The position numbers and the translations under genes are program-made. The notes under the pieces were generated by a model. That model was given only the letters and a program-made list of their open reading frames with translations, was not told the DNA's origin and searched no databases. Below are positions 18,267 to 25,969 of a stretch of 64,000 bases of DNA, piece after piece (position 1 is the stretch's first letter; each line of letters begins with the position of its first letter). This DNA is from a virus, in the IMG/VR virus record IMGVR_UViG_3300044658_000058, positions 1 through 64,000 of that record; one strand, written 5' to 3'.

Positions 18267-18754
18267 CCCTTCTTTTGATTCTTTACCACGATGGTATCAA
18301 CTGTCACCTTAAAGTCGGGCAAACCTACTTTGGAAATCAAAGGCTTGCCCTTGTAGCTATAGCTCACTGAAAGATGCGGTTTCCATTCTGGCCATGAATC
18401 CTTAAGGCCCGTTGTCTCGTATATCTTCCTTATATTAACAAGATCGTGAGTTTTGTCAATTAAAATTGTCGGCACGTTCTTTTCTTGACCCAAAAGCTCG
18501 AACCGCAAAAATTTCAGTTCAATAGGATCAATAGAGAACGTGCCGTTAGCTACGTATTTTTTGTTATCTGAATAGAATACTGTTATATGAAAATCGAAGT
18601 CGGAAGGATCAATATCCTCCCCTGAAAAAGATTTAGTGATATTAAAACCGGATGCAATACACCATTCTCTCATTTTCTTTTGAGAGTCATCCGATAGAAT
18701 TAACGAAACATATTTTTTGTCGTAGTTGTCTAAGAAATGTTTAAACGATAGCAA
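18263..18754 (-). CDS. acb1: 2H phosphodiesterase, Acb1/T4 57B-like anti-CBASS nuclease
   Basis: Two Hx(T/S) motifs: FHITVFYS and WKPHLSVSY; about 160 aa. Confidence 0.75.
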   Translation of the reverse strand: MLSFKHFLDNYDKKYVSLILSDDSQKKMREWCIASGFNITKSFSGEDIDPSDFDFHITVFYSDNKKYVANGTFSIDPIELKFLRFELLGQEKNVPTILIDKTHDLVNIRKIYETTGLKDSWPEWKPHLSVSYSYKGKPLISKVGLPDFKVTVDTIVVKNQKKG

Positions 18755-18760
18755 TAAGTA

Positions 18761-19093
18761 TTATGCTTTCTCGGAGTCTACCATCTTGACGTGAGGGAAG
18801 CCGCCGTGTTGTTTGCCAAGCTTGATCGCTTCCGCCTTGTCGTCATGTGATCCGAGAACCTTGCCGGTTCCGCAGTGCACGATGCGATAACGGTTCAACA
18901 TAGTTTCATCACGTTCCATCATAATCATGGACCTTTCTTCCTTGAAAAGTTTGCCAAGAGCTTGTTCTTTCTTACGCTCTAGGCGGTTGTCGAGATTTGT
19001 TTGAAGCATGTCGGTGTGGTTCTTCAACCCTTTGATTTGACGCTTCAAAGATTCGATATGTGGGTCTTTTGCAGCACCCGGAGTATTGGCCAT
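18761..19093 (-). CDS. Hypothetical protein
   Basis: 110 aa, AAGGA SD. Confidence 0.6.
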   Translation of the reverse strand: MANTPGAAKDPHIESLKRQIKGLKNHTDMLQTNLDNRLERKKEQALGKLFKEERSMIMMERDETMLNRYRIVHCGTGKVLGSHDDKAEAIKLGKQHGGFPHVKMVDSEKA

Positions 19094-19113
19094 ACAAGAG
19101 TCCTTTTTTGACT

Positions 19114-19683
19114 CTATTTAGCGAATTTCAAATTGTTGAATAGATACTCATGTGTATCGGGAGATATCGTATCTGGCAGACCAGCCCGGAACATTTCTTC
19201 ATTTCCTTCTTTCGCCCATTTGCGCATTTGCGTGGAGGACAGGGTTTCGATGAAATCGGATGCTTCCGGATTGCGCTTGCCGCCAGAAATGGCGGAGAGT
19301 TGGATTGGAAATGGCGATTCCGCAGCATAGATCGGGAGCATTCGCTTGAAGTCGGCCAAACGATCTTCACCAATCACAAGCACAGCCGAGTCGTATTCTG
19401 CATCGACAATGAAGCTCACCACGTCACAGAAGCGCCGGAACATGAATGTCATGTCACCAAAGGCTTCTTTCAGGACCAAAAGTTTATTGAAATTACCCAA
19501 CGGGTATTCATTCAGGCTCTTTGGTTGTGACGTGAACACATAGCCGTCACATTCATTCTCTCTGGCCAACTGCTTGACCATGTTGACAATCTTCTGATGC
19601 CCACGATGTGGAGGCTGGAATTTACCCCACGTATAGAAGAGCTTAGACAAAGGCCGGAACCTCATTCCAGATTGACATTTCAT
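19114..19683 (-). CDS. HIGH-family cytidylyltransferase-like protein
   Basis: GKFQPPHRGH, GEDR and LSSTQMR motifs. Confidence 0.8.
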   Translation of the reverse strand: MKCQSGMRFRPLSKLFYTWGKFQPPHRGHQKIVNMVKQLARENECDGYVFTSQPKSLNEYPLGNFNKLLVLKEAFGDMTFMFRRFCDVVSFIVDAEYDSAVLVIGEDRLADFKRMLPIYAAESPFPIQLSAISGGKRNPEASDFIETLSSTQMRKWAKEGNEEMFRAGLPDTISPDTHEYLFNNLKFAK

Positions 19684-20503
19684 TTGGAATTTCGAGCTTG
19701 GCCGATTCCAGCATTTCCTTGGTTTCTTTCAGAATGGATATCCATGTCTTTTGATCGCCACGATGACGATAGAAGTATCTGAAAAAAATTTCGAATGTGG
19801 TTTCGAAGGAATCCAACTTCACCATTAGAGTTTCAGAGTTACACGGAACGAACTGATTTATAGCCGTCCAGAAATCAAGCGTGATCGGTACTTTCTCAAT
19901 TGTATTGAAGCGCTTGGCCACTTTTGATTTGGTCTGAACCATGAAAACAAGACCGTCGTAAAGGTCCAGATGCTTGCGGGTTCGAACAATCCAATCACCA
20001 ACGTAGTGTTCTTTTTGGGAACATACTTTCACCATCGCCATTAGAAGAATATTGCGATGTGCGCCCTTGTACTTTGATTCCTCAAATGGAGAATGAAACA
20101 TCAAACGTGACCAGTTAAAATCACGTGAGCGCATGAAGTCAACTTGGTGCCATAGTTCGGTTACCGGATTCCGCAGCATTACAGAATAGCACTGATTTGT
20201 GATCTTCTTTATGCCATCCGTGGCCATATCATCCCTATGGATGAAAGAGATAAAAGTATCCCAATAATGGTCTTCCTTCGCTTCAAGAACAAAGTCCAAG
20301 TCATTATATTGATCTTTTGTGGAAAAATATCCAGCGGAACCTACCGGATATACAGAAAATGGTTCCACTGCGTTCATGATCAGCTTGACAAAATCGGCTT
20401 TATGCTCATGTGCAAGGGGGACCGTCCCCTCAAAGACGTTGCCGCCCATGGGTCTATCGTTCTCTGTTGAAGTTTCTTGCGGAAAATTTAATTCTATCCA
20501 CAA
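19643..20503 (-). CDS. Pol-beta/PolX-superfamily nucleotidyltransferase
   Basis: MGGNVF, GSAG...NDLD, QVDFM, YKGAHRN. Confidence 0.65.
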   Translation of the reverse strand: MWIELNFPQETSTENDRPMGGNVFEGTVPLAHEHKADFVKLIMNAVEPFSVYPVGSAGYFSTKDQYNDLDFVLEAKEDHYWDTFISFIHRDDMATDGIKKITNQCYSVMLRNPVTELWHQVDFMRSRDFNWSRLMFHSPFEESKYKGAHRNILLMAMVKVCSQKEHYVGDWIVRTRKHLDLYDGLVFMVQTKSKVAKRFNTIEKVPITLDFWTAINQFVPCNSETLMVKLDSFETTFEIFFRYFYRHRGDQKTWISILKETKEMLESAKLEIPNEMSIWNEVPAFV

Positions 20504-21359
20504 GCTTAATCAATCTATCGCCAGTGTCAACCACAATTCCTTCATCAAACTCACCTTTTTCAGGAACAATATCGGAAATGTAATGTACCGAATCCAGAAC
20601 CCTATCTTTGAATCGAGCTATCTCTTTGTAATAGCTGATTACTCTTTGCCATTCGGTCGCATAGGTTCCAATATGACGCTTCATTTTATCATTCTGTGCA
20701 TGATCATAAAAATCATCTAGATATAGATCGAAGTGACCATTGCGAACGCATGAATTGACCCACTTTTTGAAGGCATCCTTTTGAGCGCTGGTGAGCCCGT
20801 CCGTGTTGTCTACATCTGGACGGAAATCGGCCCGATAGCTGATACCGGGCATCGTATCGAACATGACCATATGGAAGGTCTTTTCCATCCAGTCATCTCG
20901 ATAGTTGTACGGCTTTCCGTCCCGTGTGTGCATGGCCACACCAAGCGTTACGTCTTCTCGACCACCCAGATAGGCGTAGCGAACCGTATTGGCTTGGAAT
21001 GTGCGATTGTTGCGGTCCATATCGCCGCAGAACATAAGATCGCCGCCAAGCGTATGACCTTTCAGAAGCGGTTCGGAATCATGGAATACCAAAAGCAAAA
21101 GCGCCATCTTGGTTGCCAAGGATCGGTCTTTAATCCGGTCATAGACTTCCTGTGGCGAATGATATAGCTCGGGCTCTTTCTTTAGATAGCCATTCTTGAA
21201 TGCTATCCATGAACCCTTGGCGTCTTTGCCAACGACAAAGGATGGATTGCCATCGTATTTGAGGGAAAGAGGAAATTTCTTCTCTTCAATGCCTTTGAGA
21301 ACGGCATTAACGTCAACACCATTCTCAAAGATCAAATCTTCAAGGTGACAAATTCGCAT
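20454..21359 (-). CDS. Conserved ligase-like (KxDG) protein
   Basis: HLED, KYDGNP, GDLMF, EGIV, IKLVDR..FS..NF. Confidence 0.65.
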   Translation of the reverse strand: MRICHLEDLIFENGVDVNAVLKGIEEKKFPLSLKYDGNPSFVVGKDAKGSWIAFKNGYLKKEPELYHSPQEVYDRIKDRSLATKMALLLLVFHDSEPLLKGHTLGGDLMFCGDMDRNNRTFQANTVRYAYLGGREDVTLGVAMHTRDGKPYNYRDDWMEKTFHMVMFDTMPGISYRADFRPDVDNTDGLTSAQKDAFKKWVNSCVRNGHFDLYLDDFYDHAQNDKMKRHIGTYATEWQRVISYYKEIARFKDRVLDSVHYISDIVPEKGEFDEGIVVDTGDRLIKLVDRIKFSARNFNRER

Positions 21360-21547
21360 TAAAGCTTACAACCACAAGAGCAATTACAAGGCGGATTGGC
21401 CCGGACTCCGTCAAGGTAGCCAATTTGCTGGCCTTGATCGTATGCCTTTTTAGCCACTTCCTTGAAAGATAGGTGGAGCGCACCACCAACATTTTTGAAA
21501 GCTTCGTAATATGTTTCTTCCCACCATTTTTCAAATTCGTCTTGCAT
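21359..21547 (-). CDS. Small hypothetical protein with C-terminal Cys cluster
   Basis: Likely start MQDEFEKWW. Confidence 0.45.
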   Translation of the reverse strand: MQDEFEKWWEETYYEAFKNVGGALHLSFKEVAKKAYDQGQQIGYLDGVRANPPCNCSCGCKL

Positions 21548-21548
21548 T

Positions 21549-22139
21549 TTACTCCATATTGTATGTTGAATCGTTGGCAGATTTCTTAAAAAATTCATAT
21601 AGATAGGGATCAGTCGCTTGCACTTTTTCCATCTTGGCCGTGACCACATCGTGGATGGCCGGTAGGCTTAGCGTGGCTTCTGTTTCCCATGGGAGCATGG
21701 CATACAAATCATACTGCTTGTCTTTATGGAACCTGACCAAAGACGACAGAGGCATATAGAATTGATGATCCCAATAAACAGCATTGTTGATACGATCAAT
21801 GTAGAACCCGTCTTCCAAAAACTGTTTAACATGAACAAGTTCGTGAGAGAGAGTCGAAACCATAGTCTTTAGCTCACCAGCATAAACTATGATATTGAAA
21901 CGACCCCTCATGTATTGATCAGTGAAACCATTCGTATCTTTGTAAAGGGCATCTGATTTACTCTTCAAATAGATGTGAACTACAACATTCTCATGTTTTT
22001 CTTCTAGAATTGTTTCGAGAAAAAGTCTTGTATAACAAACCAATCCGTCTTGCTGCAATGGAGTACAGGATTCGGGATCACACAAATCCGTGACTGTTAT
22101 CAAGTAGTTGGTTCCATAAGCACAAAAGCTGGTGTCCAT
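21549..22139 (-). CDS. Zincin-like metallopeptidase
   Basis: HELVH..Q and PWETEA motifs. Confidence 0.65.
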   Translation of the reverse strand: MDTSFCAYGTNYLITVTDLCDPESCTPLQQDGLVCYTRLFLETILEEKHENVVVHIYLKSKSDALYKDTNGFTDQYMRGRFNIIVYAGELKTMVSTLSHELVHVKQFLEDGFYIDRINNAVYWDHQFYMPLSSLVRFHKDKQYDLYAMLPWETEATLSLPAIHDVVTAKMEKVQATDPYLYEFFKKSANDSTYNME

Positions 22140-22276
22140 CCTTCAAATCCTATCCCGTCTTTCAGACGGCGGTAGAAACTATTTGCTTCATCATGAGTTT
22201 TGAATGACTTCATGAGATTTCCGGAAGCAAGTTCCACAACATCGAAAGTATTTTGCTGTTTTTGGAGTTTATACAT
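22100..22276 (-). CDS. Conserved small hypothetical protein
   Basis: Likely start MYKLQK; GIGFEGWTPAF C-terminus. Confidence 0.55.
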   Translation of the reverse strand: MYKLQKQQNTFDVVELASGNLMKSFKTHDEANSFYRRLKDGIGFEGWTPAFVLMEPTT

Positions 22277-22550
22277 TTTCAAGCACCGGTTTCTTTGTTG
22301 CAACGAAATCTTCGACCTTTATTGGTTTCAATGGCCGAAACCGCCAAGTTCTATACCAAAACTCGGTTTGCTGTTCGTCGGGTGGAAATTCCTGCAATGA
22401 GATGCATGGTTCTTCGAACGAATGTCCGTCATAGGCAGCGACAGTGTAGACGGTTCCTTTTTTAGGTTCCTCTCTCAATTTCCCATCTTTGACAAGCCAG
22501 TTCTTATCATTAATACAAAGAACATGCTGATTACGTTGGTAGACCATCAT
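22269..22550 (-). CDS. Hypothetical protein
   Basis: 4-nt overlap with upstream gene. Confidence 0.6.
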   Translation of the reverse strand: MMVYQRNQHVLCINDKNWLVKDGKLREEPKKGTVYTVAAYDGHSFEEPCISLQEFPPDEQQTEFWYRTWRFRPLKPIKVEDFVATKKPVLENV

Positions 22551-22834
22551 TCTTCCATAAAGGTTGGGACTTCAACGGTTTCGGTGCAGTTCTTACCACA
22601 TGAACTTTGCCACGATGTGGTCGTGGTTCCTCCACATTTGACGAAATAGATGTTCCTATCTCCGTCATTGAGCTTATAGACAGTGCAGCCATCGACAACA
22701 GCGAGGACGCCACCACTAACACCCGGATTCCGAGTTTCAGAACTTTTGATCACATCCGCACCGCAGCCGGTTAACAGAAGGATTGAGAGCGTTGCGAATG
22801 CAACATAGAGTTTTTTCATAGTTTTTCTTCCCAA
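22547..22834 (-). CDS. Lipoprotein
   Basis: Lipobox LTGC; DGCTVY motif. Confidence 0.7.
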   Translation of the reverse strand: MGRKTMKKLYVAFATLSILLLTGCGADVIKSSETRNPGVSGGVLAVVDGCTVYKLNDGDRNIYFVKCGGTTTTSWQSSCGKNCTETVEVPTFMEE

Positions 22835-22988
22835 CTTACAATTGCAGAGAATTTGCGGTCTTCCGGTATCATGGTTAGATGTGCTTTCTTCACTCTTAGA
22901 AGTTCGTATTTCACATTTTTCAGAGACAAAGTTCGAAGAAGTTCAGTCAAATTTGTGTCGTTCGGTTTAAAGATTCTTGTGCAGTACA

Positions 22989-24389
22989 TTAGCTAAAATT
23001 CAGGTTATGAAATTTTGATTGTTGTTGTGACAGTTTGTTCGGTGCAGCCGTATTTGCGGTCTTGCTTGTCGAAGGCGTGATCGCCTCTTGAATTCCCTGT
23101 AGAGGGTCATCAAGATCATAATATCGCATCTTCGGAATATCGACGCCAACGAAGAACATTGGAATATTGTTCTTATGGTCGTATCGAGACTTTAACTGCT
23201 TGATAAGCAATAGGTTCTGTTTCGCCAATTCTTCTGTGGAGATAAGAGCCGCCACAAAGTCAGCGGTAAAGTTGATGCCGAAGGCTTCCGATGTATCATC
23301 GATATCCGGATTCGAATTAGCGTGACCGCCACGATTGAACTGTGATGCCGACACAATCGGCACATTCATTTCCACACCAAGGCCCCGCAACTCTTCGGAA
23401 ATGGCCTTATAATAGGTGTTGGTGTTCGATATCTGTCCTGCTTTGAAGCGAGTAGATATCAAAATGTTCAGGTAGTCAACATAAATTATGTCCGGAACGA
23501 AATGTTTTTTCAGGAGAAGTTCATTCAACAAACTTCTAATATGAGTAACCGACGCCGACGACGTTGGATATTCCTTGACGATCAGCCTTCCATGTGTTTT
23601 CTTTTTGGCACGGGCGATTCTATCGTCAAAGTAGCTCTTTGAAATCGTTTGAAGATTCTTGATTTCGATATCGAGAACGTTCGCATCGATACGCTTCGAA
23701 ATCTCTTCTTCCTTCATTTCGGCAGAAATATAAAGAACATTTTTGCCATCCATGAGGTTGTTCGCCGCCATGTTGCACATGGCCAGCGATTTGCCGACGT
23801 TCGTACCAGCCAAAAGCAGGTTGAGTGTCTTTTTCGAGAACCCGCCGTTTGTCACCTTGTCGAGATAGGCGATACCGGTCGAAATTTTTTCCTCTTTCCG
23901 GTTGTAATATTCGTATCGGTCGTCAGCGTTTTCGAAATAGTCATGACCAATGGTCGTGTCGAAACCCACGGCCAAGGCATTGGATAGGATATCAGGAATT
24001 GCGCCCTTGGCCTTATCCTTGCTCTTTCCCTCATAGATCAGGATGGATTCGTGCAGAGCGAGTTCTAGAGCCCGATCTTTGCAAAACTTTTCGGTTGTGG
24101 TCAGAAGCCACTCAATTTCCGGAGCCTTGATATCCTCTTTGACCGAATTCATGACCGAGTCGATATCAGAAAATGTATCTTCCATGATCGTGTTGTCATT
24201 CGACATTTCGATCATGAGCGCTTCGACTGTCGGTGGATTATTGTAGTTCTCGACGTAATCTTTGATATGCTTGAAGATCGTTTGTTCACCCTTGGAAACA
24301 AAGTATTCCTGTTTCAGGAATGGAGTGACACGTCGCATATAATCATCATTATCAATCAGACTTTTGATGATGATTTCAGATACTTGCAA
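22989..24389 (-). CDS. 41: Replicative DNA helicase gp41
   Basis: AGTNVGKS Walker A, VDYLN, SQFNR; TTG start. Confidence 0.95.
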   Translation of the reverse strand: MQVSEIIIKSLIDNDDYMRRVTPFLKQEYFVSKGEQTIFKHIKDYVENYNNPPTVEALMIEMSNDNTIMEDTFSDIDSVMNSVKEDIKAPEIEWLLTTTEKFCKDRALELALHESILIYEGKSKDKAKGAIPDILSNALAVGFDTTIGHDYFENADDRYEYYNRKEEKISTGIAYLDKVTNGGFSKKTLNLLLAGTNVGKSLAMCNMAANNLMDGKNVLYISAEMKEEEISKRIDANVLDIEIKNLQTISKSYFDDRIARAKKKTHGRLIVKEYPTSSASVTHIRSLLNELLLKKHFVPDIIYVDYLNILISTRFKAGQISNTNTYYKAISEELRGLGVEMNVPIVSASQFNRGGHANSNPDIDDTSEAFGINFTADFVAALISTEELAKQNLLLIKQLKSRYDHKNNIPMFFVGVDIPKMRYYDLDDPLQGIQEAITPSTSKTANTAAPNKLSQQQSKFHNLNFS

Positions 24390-24485
24390 ATTTTTACCTT
24401 CTTCTTATTATTGTTCAGACAAATAGAATCCCTACCGGTTGCCCGGTAGGGTTAAACATTTTAAAATGTTGGGAGAAAAAGCAGC

Positions 24486-25574
24486 TTATTCGGCTGAATT
24501 GTCTTCCAATGTACCATCTTCTTCGGATTCTGTCAAGACCATATCCTGTGAAGTGGAACCAAGACTGAAATGCGCCTTAGCGGCAACTTCGATCTTTTCA
24601 AGAATATCCGGTGTGAAGTACTTTGTAGGTTCTTCGTTGATATGCTTTTCGAAGTGCTTTGAACCATCCGGCCACTGATATTGTGTCGAAACTTTCTTCA
24701 CAACACCGCCTGTGACAGCCAATGGCAGCAACCCATAATAGCGGTCCACACCACGTTGGAAGTGGAGCTTGATTGCGACCTTGCGCCCTTCACGGGAGAA
24801 GCGGGACTTTTGCACGTTCACATGGATGATGTTGCCATCATGAATGGTTACGTCCTTGCCGCCTATCTTGACCTTTTCAGTGTCCTTTTCCTTGGCCAGA
24901 CCAAGGATTGTCGAAGCGGCGTATTCCAGACCGCCACCACCCGCCATTTTTTGCGGCGCACCATAGCTCATGATGTCGGTATATGAGTGGGCGCACACGA
25001 ACATAGGAATATTCAGTTTACCAAGCTTCTGTGTGGCCGTACGGAACAACGAACGAACGCCTTGCTGTTTGGTCATGTCACGGACTTCCTTGCCGTTCAA
25101 ACCATCCGTATCTTCCTTGATCGATGGCAACATGCCAAGCGAGTCAAGAACCATGATGACACGCTGGCGCTTGTCTTCCGGCAGAGCGCCATAGGCGTCT
25201 AGAAATTTGAGCGCTTTCGTCTTGAATTCTTCAATTGTCGCCGGTTGCTGAATGAACACTCGATCCGGATCAATGTCACGACGGAGCAAGAAATCTTCAT
25301 CAATGGCAAATTCGGTATCGAAAAAGAGCGCCTGTGCTACAGGATCATTCTGCAAAAGGGCTTTAACGGCTGACATAGCCAAGTAGGTCTTGCCTACACC
25401 CGCCTTTGAGTGGACGGCGGTAATTCTGTTATTTGGGATGCCGCCATAAATCGATGTGGAGCAAGCGGCGTTTAGAATATAAGAACCGGTGTCTAGAAAC
25501 CCGGTAGTGACGACTGGACCAGAATATTCCGGGTCAGCCTCTTGAATAAGCTTAAGAAAGGACTTGTCCTTCAA
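24486..25574 (-). CDS. uvsX: RecA-like recombinase UvsX
   Basis: GVGKT, FDTE, LDSLG; start reassigned to TTG 25574 after GAGG SD. Confidence 0.92.
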   Translation of the reverse strand: MKDKSFLKLIQEADPEYSGPVVTTGFLDTGSYILNAACSTSIYGGIPNNRITAVHSKAGVGKTYLAMSAVKALLQNDPVAQALFFDTEFAIDEDFLLRRDIDPDRVFIQQPATIEEFKTKALKFLDAYGALPEDKRQRVIMVLDSLGMLPSIKEDTDGLNGKEVRDMTKQQGVRSLFRTATQKLGKLNIPMFVCAHSYTDIMSYGAPQKMAGGGGLEYAASTILGLAKEKDTEKVKIGGKDVTIHDGNIIHVNVQKSRFSREGRKVAIKLHFQRGVDRYYGLLPLAVTGGVVKKVSTQYQWPDGSKHFEKHINEEPTKYFTPDILEKIEVAAKAHFSLGSTSQDMVLTESEEDGTLEDNSAE

Positions 25575-25705
25575 AATGTATTTCCTCTTAGTTGTATGTG
25601 TCGTGTGTGAAATGTCGTTAATTTTATGTCGCCCATTTCTGTGAAGCGACATAAGTATTTAGACAGCACGACCAACTAAGAGGATTAGTCAGTTTCCTTT
25701 ATTTA

Positions 25706-25969
25706 CTACCGTGTAAGTGCTAAAAATTCCTTAATTTTCTTTTCGAGTGTTTCTGTTCTATTTGGCCAATAGATATAGTCATCTGCCCCTGTGGAGTGGA
25801 GATTGGCCAAGAGAGGCATGATTAACTCTTCGATCTTTTTCAAACGCTCTTTATACTGTTCAATTGTCTCGGTCTGTTCCTTCACCACACTTTCTTGTGT
25901 GGTGGAGAAACCAAAATCGTTTTGTGCAGAGTAGCCTTTGATGATAGAATCAATATCTGAAACTGACAT
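25706..25969 (-). CDS. Conserved hypothetical protein
   Basis: DFGF...IYWPNR pattern. Confidence 0.7.
   Translation of the reverse strand: MSVSDIDSIIKGYSAQNDFGFSTTQESVVKEQTETIEQYKERLKKIEELIMPLLANLHSTGADDYIYWPNRTETLEKKIKEFLALTR

Noticed and set aside
25575-25652. ATG-extended N-terminus of uvsX given by the ORF track (likewise 48881 for gp3 and 15140 for the MSLW protein)
   Set aside because: The extensions lack an SD and overlap promoter or leader sequence; downstream starts have good SDs.
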